This document shows, piece by piece, positions 1 to 9,288 of a stretch of DNA of 51,461 nucleotides. Both the position numbers and the translations under genes were made by a program. The notes beneath the pieces are model-generated. The model did not search any database. It saw only the letters and a program-made list of their open reading frames with translations, and had not been told where the DNA came from. Position 1 is the first letter of the stretch; each line of letters opens with the position of its first letter. Location of the stretch: NCBI GenBank assembly GCA_021158435.1, contig JAGGUQ010000023.1, forward strand, positions 1 through 51,461, written 5' to 3'. Source of the DNA: a bacterium. Its GTDB lineage: Bacteria; Patescibacteriota; Patescibacteriia; UBA2591; MWDC01.

Positions 1-1526
1 AAAACCCTAACATGAGGCCCTCCTCCTGGTCCAGCTCCAGTAATAATTTCTTCTTTGCCATCACCATTCACATCTCCAGTAGCAACATCTACACCTCCTT
101 TAAAGTTCTTATCGTAAGCAAAAAACCCGCTAACTGGCTTTTTTGTTTGTAAATCAAAAACCCTAATATGAGGACCACCTCCTTGTCCAGCTCCAGTTAC
201 TAAATAGTAAGAAACACTTCTCTCAGCTATCACTGTCCTACTATAAACAACTGCCCTGCCAACATTAACTCTTCCTTTGCCAATTTGACCAATAAATTCT
301 GGATTTAAAATATCAATATTATCAGCTGTATCTAAAATAATATCTCTAACATCTTCTGGTTTAAATAAAGGATTCTGCGAAAAAACTAATGCTGCTGTTC
401 CTGAAATAATCGGCGTTGCCAAAGATGTCCCTGCCCAATAGCCTCCATATCTTTTTTGAAATTTTTGATTAGCTTCATCATAAAATAAAGTACCAAAAAA
501 ACCAACGCCAGGAGCAGAAATATCTACACATTTATATCCATAATCTGAAAAGTCTGCTTTTTTATCTAGTTTATCTGTAGCTCCAACTCCAATAATGAAA
601 TTCTCTGAAGAATCTGCATCATAGCAAATTGGATAAACTGGCCTAAAATTAAGATTCCTTCCACCAGAACTACCCTCTTCATTACCAGCAGCAGCAACAA
701 CTACAACTCCTTTATCCCAGGCTGATTTAATAGCTTCTTCTAAAAAAACACTTTTTCCTGGTCCGACAAAACTTAAATTAATAACTTTTGCCCCTTTATC
801 TACAGCATAATTAATTGCTTTTATTACATCGCTTGTACTGCCATCTCCCTGACTATTCAACACCCTTAAGGGCATAATTTTTACCTTTGGACTTACCCCT
901 ATAATACCTTCCTTATTATTTCCCTGGGCAGCAATAATGCCAGCAATTAAAGTCCCATGATGGATTGCTTCTTCTGAATATTGCCCTTCTATTTTAGGCT
1001 TAGGGTCTGGGCTATTTTCTATAAAATCCCAGCCATTTAAATCATCAATATATCCATTACCATCATCATCTTTGTTGTTTAGGGCTTCTTCAGAATTCAA
1101 CCAAATATTTTCAGAAAGATCCGGATGGCTTATATCAACTCCTGTATCTATCACAGCAACAACTATTGTATCAAGTCCATAGCCGCCAACATCCCAAGCT
1201 GTAGGAGCATCTATTTTTTCCAAATACCATTGTTCTAAGTAATAAGAATCTTGAGGGATGAACCCAGATAAATGATAAATATAATCAGGCTCAACCCAAT
1301 CCACTTCTTCCATCTGAGAAACTATTTTTTTTCTTTCCTCTACCTCTCCATAAGCAGGAACCTTGTAAATTTTTGAAGAACCCTTTAGTCGAATAAGCAA
1401 ATTATCATTAAAGAGATGCTCTTTGCTCTCCTCTCCATATACCTTGCCTCCTTTAATAAAGAAGAAAGATAATAAAAAAATAAACAATAATATCCAAATA
1501 TATTTTTTATGAAAAAATATCTTCAT
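1..1526 (-). CDS. Secreted subtilisin-family (S8) serine peptidase with C-terminal FG-GAP/VCBS-like repeats. Partial: the C-terminus runs off the left edge.
   Basis: Absent from the supplied ORF track because there is no stop in the window. Hand translation of the minus strand from the ATG at 1526-1524 gives [23 protein letters not shown] (signal/TM). The catalytic triad motifs are VAVIDTGVD (Asp), [10 protein letters not shown] (His) and [12 protein letters not shown] (Ser codon at 425-423, in frame with 1526). Repeats then follow at about 1-230: [14 protein letters not shown]...[26 protein letters not shown]. Confidence 0.8.
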   Translation of the reverse strand, partial: [508 protein letters not shown]

Positions 1527-1549
1527 TGCTTTACTTTATATAAAAATTG

Positions 1550-2164
1550 TTAATGGGTAATTAAAGGAACAAAAACAAACCCTGAAAAATTTTTCTCTTC
1601 AAATTTATCTTCTTTTTTCTTTTTTAAAAATACAATATCCTGCTTCACTGGAATAACCATTCTTCCTCCTATAGCTAATTGTTTTTTTAATTCTGGGGGA
1701 ATCTCCTCTGCAGCAGCTCCAACATGAATACAATTAAAAGGCGATTCCTCAGGCAAACCTTTTGAGCCATCTCCAAGTATAAATTTTACCCTTCCTGACT
1801 CTATAAAATCATATTTTCTAAGATTATTTTCTCCAAAATTTTTTAACTCAGGGATCCTTTCCACAGCAAAAACCTTTCCTCCTGGTCCAACTATTTCTGA
1901 CAATAAAGCACTAACCCATCCTGAACCTGCTCCAACATCCAAAACTTTATCCCTTTCTTGCGGCTGAAGCAGTTCTAACATAAAAGCAACTGTTAGCGGT
2001 TGAGAAATCGTCTGCTCAAAACCTATTGGGAGGGGTTTGTTAACTTGGGCTAGATCTTTCAAAGAGCTTGAAACAAAATCCTCTCTTTTTATTCTCCGAA
2101 AAGCTTGAATTATCCTTGGCGTTCTAAGGTATCCATTTCTAACCAAAAAATCAACAATGTCCAT
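1550..2164 (-). CDS. pcm: Protein-L-isoaspartate O-methyltransferase
   Basis: Contains TISQPLTVAFMLELL and the SAM-binding motif VLDVGAGSGW. The 204 aa size is typical of PCMT. Confidence 0.8.
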   Translation of the reverse strand: MDIVDFLVRNGYLRTPRIIQAFRRIKREDFVSSSLKDLAQVNKPLPIGFEQTISQPLTVAFMLELLQPQERDKVLDVGAGSGWVSALLSEIVGPGGKVFAVERIPELKNFGENNLRKYDFIESGRVKFILGDGSKGLPEESPFNCIHVGAAAEEIPPELKKQLAIGGRMVIPVKQDIVFLKKKKEDKFEEKNFSGFVFVPLITH

Positions 2165-2182
2165 ATAAAATTATATCAATAT

Positions 2183-4639
2183 TTAAACTAGAGTAAAAGA
2201 AGCTACTTTATCTGAATCATTTAAACGGATAAGTCTTACTCCCATTGTTGCTCTATTCATTTTTGGTACGCTTGCTAACTTAATCCTTAACACTTGGCCT
2301 AAACTAGAAACAATCAAAATATCCCCCTTAACAAACTCTGGAATAAAAGGTGGAATCAACATTGCTCCTGCTACATTACCAGTTTTCTGGCTAATCTTAA
2401 AAGAAATCAAGCCTTTCCCTCCTCTCTTCTGAAGAGCAAACTTAGACAAACTTGTCATTTTACCAAATCCATTCTCGCTTATTAGCAAAAGGTAGGATCT
2501 TTTAAACTCTTGTTTTCTAACTACATCCAGCCCTACCAACTCTTCTTGTTGTTGAAGCTTCATCCCCCTTATTCCACCTGAATTTCTCCCCATTAATCTC
2601 AAATCCTTTTCACTAAAACAAATTGTCCGTCCTCGAGAAGAAGTTAAAATTATCAAATCATCTTTATAAATTCGTTTGACTGACTTTAATTGTTCACTAC
2701 TCTTTAACTTAAAAGCAATTTTCCCTGTGCTCCTTGTTGTTTCAAATTCCTTTAAAAGAATTTTCTTAACATTACCTCGAGTTGTAGCCATTACTAAACT
2801 TCCTTGGCTACTTTGTTTTTTATTTATAGCTAAGATAGCTAAAACCTTCTCTTTTGGATCTATTTCCAAAAAATTAACCAAAGGCTTACCTCTTAAAGTT
2901 CTTCCTGCCTCAGGAATATCAAAAACTCTCATTTGATAAGCCTTTCCTTTGTCAGTAAAACAAAGAAGGCTATCTGTGGTATTGGCAAAAACTAAATGAG
3001 CTACTTCGTCTTCTTGCTTTATAGTTAATCCAATAACACCCTTACCTCCTCGATTTTGATGACGAAAAGTCTCTGGAGAAATCCTTTTAATATAACCTGA
3101 ACGAGTTCCTATAATTAAAGTTGGAGACTCTATAATAAGTTCTTCTTCTTTTATTTCTTTTTCAGGCTGTTCAATAACTGTTGTTCTCCTTTCGTCTCCA
3201 TATTTTTCTTCTATTTCTTTTAATTCCTGCTTAATAACTTTTTTTATTTCCTTTGGATCAGATAAAATTTTTTCTATTTTTTCTTTTAACTTTTTCTTTT
3301 CTTTGTATTCCTTCAAGATATTTTCTCGTTCCAACTTAACCAATTGACGAAGCTTCATCTCTAAAATTGCCTGAGCCTGCTGACTTGATAAATTAAACTT
3401 CTTTTTAAGAGTTAGTTCAGCTGCTTTATAGCTTGCAGAATTTCTAATAATTCTAATCACCTCATCTATATGGGCGATTGCTTTTAAAAATCCTTCTAAA
3501 ATATGTAATCTTTGTTCTGTTTGTTTTAAATCAAATTCATATCGTTTATAAAGAACTTTTTCTCTATGTTTTAAGAATTCTTCTAAAATTTCTTTTAAAT
3601 TAAAAAGCTTTGGCTCTATCCCTTCTTCCAAGGCAACCATATTAAAGTAAAACTTTTCTTGAAGAGATGTTAACTTAAACAATTTGTTTAAAACTTTTTT
3701 ACCAGAAATTCCCTTTTTCAATTCAAGGATAATCTTCATTTGACCCCTAGCTGACTCATCTCTAATATTTTTTATTCCTTGTAGTTTCTTATCTCTGACT
3801 AATTCAGCAATCTTTACTAATAGATCTGCTTTACTAACTTGCCAGGGCAATTCTGTTATACTTATTTGGTAATGATCATTTTTCTCTTCAATAATCTCTG
3901 CTTTTCCTCGAACAGTTAAAGGCCCTTTACCAGTTAAATAAGCTTGCTTTATTGCTTTCTTATTATAAATAATTCCTCCTGTTGGAAAATCGGGTCCCTT
4001 GATAAATTGCATTAAATCTTCTACCTCTGCTTTTGGGTTATCCAATAAATAGCAAAGAGCTTGGCATACTTCCTTTAAATTGTGGGTAGGAATATTTGTA
4101 GCCATCCCAACTGCAATACCTATTGCTCCATTAATTAAAAGGTTAGGAATTTTTGCTGGAAGAACTTCTGGCTCTTTTGTTGTTCCATCATAATTTGGTC
4201 GAAAGGGCACCACATTTTTTTCTAAATCTGCCAACATCTCAGCAGCAATTGGAGCTAACCGAGCTTCTGTATAACGGTAAGCAGCTGGGCTATCTTCTAA
4301 TGAACCAAAATTTCCTTGACCATCAATTAAAGGATATCTTAAACTAAAATCTTGGGTCATTCGGCACAAAGCATCGTAAACTGCCTGATCTCCATGAGGA
4401 TGATATTTCCCTAAAACAACACCAATAACATTAGCTGACTTCTTATACTTTGCTTTATGGGTCAAACCCATTTCATGCATAGCATAAAGAATCCTCCGAT
4501 GAACTGGCTTTAACCCATCCCTAACATCAGGAAGAGCACGGGAAATAATAACACTCATTGCATAATCAAGATAAGAAGATTCTACTTCTTGTTTTAAGGA
4601 AGTTTTCTTAATTATCTGATTTTGGTCTTTTGATTCCAT
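2183..4639 (-). CDS. gyrA: DNA gyrase subunit A
   Basis: N-terminal [32 protein letters not shown] and active-site region [10 protein letters not shown]. The 818 aa protein has C-terminal repeat blades. No gyrB is adjacent. Confidence 0.93.
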   Translation of the reverse strand: MESKDQNQIIKKTSLKQEVESSYLDYAMSVIISRALPDVRDGLKPVHRRILYAMHEMGLTHKAKYKKSANVIGVVLGKYHPHGDQAVYDALCRMTQDFSLRYPLIDGQGNFGSLEDSPAAYRYTEARLAPIAAEMLADLEKNVVPFRPNYDGTTKEPEVLPAKIPNLLINGAIGIAVGMATNIPTHNLKEVCQALCYLLDNPKAEVEDLMQFIKGPDFPTGGIIYNKKAIKQAYLTGKGPLTVRGKAEIIEEKNDHYQISITELPWQVSKADLLVKIAELVRDKKLQGIKNIRDESARGQMKIILELKKGISGKKVLNKLFKLTSLQEKFYFNMVALEEGIEPKLFNLKEILEEFLKHREKVLYKRYEFDLKQTEQRLHILEGFLKAIAHIDEVIRIIRNSASYKAAELTLKKKFNLSSQQAQAILEMKLRQLVKLERENILKEYKEKKKLKEKIEKILSDPKEIKKVIKQELKEIEEKYGDERRTTVIEQPEKEIKEEELIIESPTLIIGTRSGYIKRISPETFRHQNRGGKGVIGLTIKQEDEVAHLVFANTTDSLLCFTDKGKAYQMRVFDIPEAGRTLRGKPLVNFLEIDPKEKVLAILAINKKQSSQGSLVMATTRGNVKKILLKEFETTRSTGKIAFKLKSSEQLKSVKRIYKDDLIILTSSRGRTICFSEKDLRLMGRNSGGIRGMKLQQQEELVGLDVVRKQEFKRSYLLLISENGFGKMTSLSKFALQKRGGKGLISFKISQKTGNVAGAMLIPPFIPEFVKGDILIVSSLGQVLRIKLASVPKMNRATMGVRLIRLNDSDKVASFTLV

Positions 4640-4682
4640 AAATTTATAATAACAGATTTTTTCTAAATCGCAAGATTAAACT

Positions 4683-4713
4683 TAAAAAAATAACCCTGAT
4701 AATCAGGGTTATT
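4683..4713 (-). terminator. Rho-independent terminator downstream of cca
   Basis: An 8-bp stem aaccctga/tcagggtt with a 3-nt loop lies at about 4692-4710. On the minus strand it is followed by a T-run (the A-run at 4684-4690 on plus). Confidence 0.55.
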
Positions 4714-4741
4714 TAATTCTTTTAATTTATCCTTAAAATTT

Positions 4742-6352
4742 CTATTTTTTCATTAATTTATCAAGGAAAGCATATGCTTGATCTTTTGTTCTAATCTTTC
4801 CTTTAAGTTGAAGCTCTCTAATTAATTGCTTTAATTCCCCTATTTTTGGACCAGGTTTTAATTTGTACCTATTCATAATTTCTCCACCAGAAAGAATATG
4901 AGGGATTTTTTCTCTTTTGCCTTTTGAACCTGACATTTTTTTAATTTCCTCAATCCTTTTCTCCATAGCCTTGAAATCTGAAAAATCCGGCTTACCTCTT
5001 GAAGGAACTGTAGAAAGGATATCTACAAAAGAAAGCTTCAACAGATTGTCTCCTCTAAAAACAGGATTAAAAAAGTATTTCTCTATTGTTGATGACTTCA
5101 TTTTTGAAATGTCTCCCTGAATTAAGATCATATGATGTTGGACCAGCCATATCACTTCTTTATAATTAAAAGGGAAATCAGGGAAGCCAAAAAGTTTTAA
5201 TCTTTCTAAAATCTCCTTAGTAATCTTAGCTCCAACTATATCATGCTCATTAAATCTTATCCGATCTGTTTCTGGTGGCTTTTTAATGGTATATGGCTTA
5301 CCTATATCATGAAAAAGCACTGCTAAGATAAGTTCAGGATTAACAGCATTGGCTCCAAATTTTCTTTTAAATTTAGTTGAATCCAAATTCTTCAAACAAA
5401 GGCGAGTATGCTGCCAAACATCTCCTTCTGAATGCCAATTTTTAGGCTGAGGGCAGCCTTTCATCTTCAATAATTCTGGAACAATCTGTTCAAAAGCCCC
5501 ACTTTCATCATATAAATCAAAAGCCTTCAAAGGATTATAAGAAAAAGATTTCAAAAATTCCTCACCAATAATCTCCCAGGGAACTACTCTTTGCTCAATA
5601 ACTTTTGGAGAAGCAGAGCTTGCATTTTTTTCTAAAACTACCTGCCGATTAATTTTATTAAGCAAGGAAATATTCTTTTTAAGAATACTAAAAGTCTTTT
5701 TTTCTATTCCAAAGCCAAGCTGGCAGGAAAGCCTTAAAGCTCTTAACATTCTTGAAAAATCTTCCTGGAATCTTTTTTCTGGATCACCAACACACCTAAT
5801 TAATTTATTTTTTATATCTTTCCTCCCGTAAAAAGGGTCAATAATATTTTCAAAAAAATTCCCTTTTAAAAATACTTTTCCTTGTTTAATTACAGGTAAA
5901 GCTATGGCATTTATTGTAAAATCTCTTCTTGATAGGTCTTCCTCTATAGCAAGATAAGGGTCGCTTTGAACTTCAAAATCACGATAAGCTCCTGTTCCTA
6001 AGGCATAATCTTTTCGAGGGAGAGCTAAATCAACCGGATGAGAAAACTTCCATCCTTTAGGGATAAATTTTAAAACGCTAAAATTCCTTCCAACTAAATT
6101 CACCTTACCTAAGGGTGCTAAAAGTTTTTCTAATTCTTCAATTTCTACTTTTCTAACCACAAAATCCAAATCTTGAGGGGACCCTGACATAATTAAGTCC
6201 CTAATAGCTCCTCCAACTAAATATATTTCTATATCTGGCTTTTTCTTTAGAATCTTTTCAAAAGCTAAAAAAACTGGCCGGGTATTTTTAAGCCATCTCT
6301 CTACTTTGTCCTTCTTCACTTTAAATCGAATTTTCTTAATTTTTATTACCAT
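4742..6352 (-). CDS. cca: CCA-adding tRNA nucleotidyltransferase (class II) with HD domain
   Basis: Contains VGGAIRDL...DLDFVV, RRDFTINAIA and the HD motif LFHDIGKP. Confidence 0.8.
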   Translation of the reverse strand: MVIKIKKIRFKVKKDKVERWLKNTRPVFLAFEKILKKKPDIEIYLVGGAIRDLIMSGSPQDLDFVVRKVEIEELEKLLAPLGKVNLVGRNFSVLKFIPKGWKFSHPVDLALPRKDYALGTGAYRDFEVQSDPYLAIEEDLSRRDFTINAIALPVIKQGKVFLKGNFFENIIDPFYGRKDIKNKLIRCVGDPEKRFQEDFSRMLRALRLSCQLGFGIEKKTFSILKKNISLLNKINRQVVLEKNASSASPKVIEQRVVPWEIIGEEFLKSFSYNPLKAFDLYDESGAFEQIVPELLKMKGCPQPKNWHSEGDVWQHTRLCLKNLDSTKFKRKFGANAVNPELILAVLFHDIGKPYTIKKPPETDRIRFNEHDIVGAKITKEILERLKLFGFPDFPFNYKEVIWLVQHHMILIQGDISKMKSSTIEKYFFNPVFRGDNLLKLSFVDILSTVPSRGKPDFSDFKAMEKRIEEIKKMSGSKGKREKIPHILSGGEIMNRYKLKPGPKIGELKQLIRELQLKGKIRTKDQAYAFLDKLMKK

Positions 6353-6432
6353 TACCTCCTAAGTTAAACTTATCTTTTTATTAGTATAACCTTTATCCCC
6401 AGCAAGTCAAACTTTAAATAAAGCAATTATTA

Positions 6433-6460
6433 TTGACTTTTTATTTAAAATTCCTAAAAT
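6433..6460 (+). promoter_or_regulatory. Sigma-70-like promoter candidate for the tRNA/rpmG unit
   Basis: TTGACT (6433-6438), a 16-nt spacer, then TAAAAT (6455-6460). It lies about 30 nt upstream of the first tRNA. Confidence 0.4.
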
Positions 6461-6490
6461 GTTCTTATAGAAAACCTAGCCCTTTTAAAA

Positions 6491-6562
6491 GCCGAGATAG
6501 CTCAGTGGTAGAGCATCTGCATGGTAAGCAGAAGGTCGTGGGTTCAATCCCCACTCTCGGCT
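6491..6562 (+). tRNA. tRNA-Thr (anticodon GGU)
   Basis: Hand-folded cloverleaf: acceptor gccgaga/tctcggc, anticodon stem tctgc/gcaga with loop atGGTaa, and T-arm gtggg-ttcaatc-cccac. No CCA is encoded. Confidence 0.85.
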
Positions 6563-6578
6563 TTGGCAAATTAGAAAA

Positions 6579-6666
6579 GGGTGCGTAGTCCCGTAGGGAG
6601 CGGGAGCGGTCTGTAAAACCGATGCCTTAATTGGCCCTGGGGGTTCAACTCCCTCCGCACCCACCA
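6579..6666 (+). tRNA. tRNA-Tyr (anticodon GUA), class II with a long variable arm; CCA encoded
   Basis: Acceptor gggtgcg/cgcaccc, anticodon loop ctGTAaa, a long variable arm, T-arm ggggg-ttcaact-ccctc, discriminator A, then CCA (6664-6666). Confidence 0.8.
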
Positions 6667-6681
6667 TTCAACAAATAATAA

Positions 6682-6754
6682 GCCGAGGTAGCTTTAATGG
6701 TAGAGCAACCGCCTTGTAAGCGGGAGGTTGTGAGTTCGAATCTCACCCTCGGCT
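6682..6754 (+). tRNA. tRNA-Thr (anticodon UGU)
   Basis: Acceptor gccgagg/cctcggc, anticodon loop ctTGTaa, T-arm gtgag-ttcgaat-ctcac. No CCA is encoded. Confidence 0.85.
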
Positions 6755-6782
6755 TTTTGTTATATAGCTTAAGTTAAAAATT

Positions 6783-6938
6783 ATGTCTCAAGAAAATCTA
6801 ATAAAATTAGAATGTTCGGAATGCCATCAAATTAATTATTACACCAGAAAAAACAAAAAAACTCTAAAAAATAGATTAGAGTTAAAAAAATTTTGCAAAC
6901 ACTGCAAAAAACATACAATCCACAAAGAAACTAAATAA
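6783..6938 (+). CDS. rpmG: 50S ribosomal protein L33
   Basis: Below the ORF-track size cutoff. Hand translation gives [51 protein letters not shown] (51 aa). This matches the canonical L33 pattern: CxxC...NYxTxKNKK...[17 protein letters not shown]. Confidence 0.9.
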   Translation: MSQENLIKLECSECHQINYYTRKNKKTLKNRLELKKFCKHCKKHTIHKETK

Positions 6939-6939
6939 A

Positions 6940-7013
6940 GGGAACGTAGGCTAGTGGTAAACTCTCTGACTCCAAATCAGAGGTCGGGGGTTCGATTCCC
7001 TCCGTTCCTGCCA
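6940..7013 (+). tRNA. tRNA-Trp (anticodon CCA); CCA end encoded
   Basis: Acceptor gggaacg/cgttcct (G1-U72 wobble), anticodon stem tctga/tcaga with loop ctCCAaa, T-arm ggggg-ttcgatt-ccctc, discriminator G, then CCA. The D-stem is weak. The tRNA starts 1 nt after the rpmG stop. Confidence 0.7.
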
Positions 7014-7025
7014 TTTCTATAGTTT

Positions 7026-7097
7026 GGTACCGTAGCCAAGTAGTAAGGCGGCTGTCTGCAAAACAGCTATGCGCGGGTGCAATTCCCGCCGGTACCT
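7026..7097 (+). tRNA. tRNA-Cys (anticodon GCA) with non-canonical D and T loops
   Basis: Acceptor ggtaccg/cggtacc, anticodon stem gctgt/acagc with loop ctGCAaa, and an A13-A22 type D-stem mismatch typical of tRNA-Cys. The T-loop reads tgcaatt (no TTC) and the D-loop lacks GG. A T-run follows. Confidence 0.7.
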
Positions 7098-7141
7098 TTT
7101 TAAAAAAGCTCAAAACAAGTTTTATCAACATACCTCTACTT

Positions 7142-8050
7142 ATGACTAATAATACCTTCATTATTCTTGATGCACCTGCTGTTCTTCATCGAGCTTGGCA
7201 TGCTTTGCCTAAACTTACCAGCCCAAAGGGAATTACTGTTAATGCTCTTTACGGATTTTCCGTTCTTTTACTAAAGATTATCCGGGAATTCCAACCAGAA
7301 TATTTAACTTGCGCATTTGATTATCCAGGGCCTACATTCCGCCATAAAATCTATAAAGATTATAAAGCTACCCGCATACCCCAACCGCAAGAATTCTATG
7401 ACCAAATCCCTTTAAGCAAAAAACTGCTTGATGTTTTTAAAATAAAGTCTTGGGAACAAAAAGGATATGAAGCTGATGACATAATTGCTCAATTGAAAAA
7501 CTCTACACCTCCCAAAATTTTAAAAATAATTGTAACTGGTGACACAGATTCGTTCCAGCTTATTGATAAACAAACTAAAGTTTATTTCTTAAAAAGAGGG
7601 ATAAATAAAATTCAGATATATGATGAAAATGCAGTTAAAGAACAATTTGGCCTCACACCCAAACAATTAATTGATTTTAAAAGCTTAAAAGGGGATCCTT
7701 CAGATAACATTCCAGGTATTCCAGGAATAGGAGAAAAAACAGCTCTTCAACTTTTAAAAAAATTCGGAACAATAGAAAACATTTATGAACACCTAAAACT
7801 TCCTGAAAATTCCTGGCAAATAAAACCATCTTTAGGAAAATCTTTATTAAAAAACAAAGAAAAAGTAGTGTTGGCTAAAAATTTAATAGAACTAAAAAAT
7901 AACAAAAAAATCAAAGCAGATTACAAAGAATGCCAAGTCAAACCCTTTGATCTAAAAGAAGTTAAAAAGTTTTTGGAAGAATTTGGCTTTAAGAGCTTAA
8001 TCTCTAAAATAGAAAGTCTTCCTAAGAAAAAACAAAGTAAACTTTTATAA
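7142..8050 (+). CDS. Stand-alone 5'-3' exonuclease (Pol I N-terminal / FEN-like domain)
   Basis: Contains ILDAPAVLHRAWHA, GYEADDIIAQL and the H3TH motif GDPSDNIPGIPGIGEKTALQLLKKFG. At 302 aa it has no polymerase domain. Confidence 0.8.
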   Translation: MTNNTFIILDAPAVLHRAWHALPKLTSPKGITVNALYGFSVLLLKIIREFQPEYLTCAFDYPGPTFRHKIYKDYKATRIPQPQEFYDQIPLSKKLLDVFKIKSWEQKGYEADDIIAQLKNSTPPKILKIIVTGDTDSFQLIDKQTKVYFLKRGINKIQIYDENAVKEQFGLTPKQLIDFKSLKGDPSDNIPGIPGIGEKTALQLLKKFGTIENIYEHLKLPENSWQIKPSLGKSLLKNKEKVVLAKNLIELKNNKKIKADYKECQVKPFDLKEVKKFLEEFGFKSLISKIESLPKKKQSKLL

Positions 8051-8058
8051 TTTTTTAT

Positions 8059-9021
8059 ATGATCATTTTTCTCTTCGGGCCAGATACATTTCGTTCTCAA
8101 AATAAATTAAAAAAAATAAAAGAGAAATTCATTTCTTCAAATAAAAAAATTGGGGTTGAAACCCTTGATGCTCTTAAAACTAGCAAAAACCAACTCCATT
8201 CTTCTCTTTTTACTCAAGGATTTAGCAAAAATAGACTAATTATTATAAAAAATCTTTTTAATTCCTCCCCAAGTCTTATTGAAGAGGTTATTAAATACCT
8301 CAAAAAAGAGTCTCAGCCAAATATTGTTATAATCCACGAAAAGCAAATAAACCCAAATTCCCTTTCCTCCCAAACAAAAGATCTTTTCCAACTCTTAAAA
8401 AAGAAAGCTAAATGCCAAGAGTTTAAAATTTTAACCCCTTTACAACTGAAAAAATATATAATTAACAAACTAAATGAAGAAAACATCAAAATAAAGAGCT
8501 TAAATGCTGAATTATTAATCAATCAATGTAAATCTAATCTTTGGGAAATAGAATCCTCCCTTGAAGCCCTAATTTCTTTAGTAAAAGAAGAAAAAGAAAA
8601 AGAAATCACCCAAAAACAAATAATGTCCCTTTGCCCTGAAGGTTTAAATGAAGAAGATATTTTCTACTTTTTGAACACTTTGGGCAAAAAAGACAAAAAA
8701 CAAGCTTTCAAAATTCTAAACCACCTCTTGAACCAAAGAGAATCTTTTGAAAAAATAATCTTTAGTTTAGCTAAGCAATTTCTTAATATTTATCGTTTAA
8801 AATCCAAATTAAAAGAAAAGAAAAGTCTTTATTCCATTGCTAAAGAGTTAAATCTTCATCCCTATTACCTTTCAAAATTAGCAAAATTTTCAAATAATTA
8901 TACACAAGAACAAATAAAAAAAGTCTATCATCAACTTTTGACAATAGACCTAAAAAGGAAAACTGTAAATAAAGTCAATCAAGAATTACTCTTGAGCCTC
9001 CTCCTTGAGGAGCTTATTTAA
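8059..9021 (+). CDS. holA: DNA polymerase III delta subunit (probable)
   Basis: The call rests on the 320 aa size, the N-terminal IFLFGPDTF pattern and the conserved neighbourhood with rpsT. Sequence similarity could only be judged by eye. Confidence 0.55.
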   Translation: MIIFLFGPDTFRSQNKLKKIKEKFISSNKKIGVETLDALKTSKNQLHSSLFTQGFSKNRLIIIKNLFNSSPSLIEEVIKYLKKESQPNIVIIHEKQINPNSLSSQTKDLFQLLKKKAKCQEFKILTPLQLKKYIINKLNEENIKIKSLNAELLINQCKSNLWEIESSLEALISLVKEEKEKEITQKQIMSLCPEGLNEEDIFYFLNTLGKKDKKQAFKILNHLLNQRESFEKIIFSLAKQFLNIYRLKSKLKEKKSLYSIAKELNLHPYYLSKLAKFSNNYTQEQIKKVYHQLLTIDLKRKTVNKVNQELLLSLLLEELI

Positions 9022-9267
9022 TTTCTTCATTAAACGAGATTTTTTTCTACTACTTTTATTTTTTTTAATTACATTAACTTTGGCAGCCTTATCTAAGGCT
9101 TTTTGAAGCTTCTGATATATGTCTTTTGCCTCTTCTTTTTTCTTTAGAGATATTGCTTTCTTAAACTGCCTTTCTAAATAAGAAAGATTTTTCTTAACTG
9201 CTTTATTTCTTTCTGTTCTTTTTTTTGCTTGACGTAAGGCTTTCTTTGCTGATTTTGTTATTGGCAT
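8986..9267 (-). CDS. rpsT: 30S ribosomal protein S20
   Basis: Begins MPITKSAKKALRQAKKRTERNKAVKKNL. The ORF track starts at a TTG at 9276; the ATG at 9267 fits the canonical S20 N-terminus better. Confidence 0.85.
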   Translation of the reverse strand: MPITKSAKKALRQAKKRTERNKAVKKNLSYLERQFKKAISLKKKEEAKDIYQKLQKALDKAAKVNVIKKNKSSRKKSRLMKKLNKLLKEEAQE

Positions 9268-9288
9268 AAAAGTCAATAAAATTAAAAC

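Noticed and set aside
6485-7161. The ORF-track entries 6485-6667(-) and 6931-7161(-) as protein-coding genes.
   Set aside because: Both lie antisense across hand-folded tRNA genes (Thr/Tyr and Trp/Cys). Their translations, such as GVEPP...LPLSY, are the typical artefact of reading through tRNA sequence.
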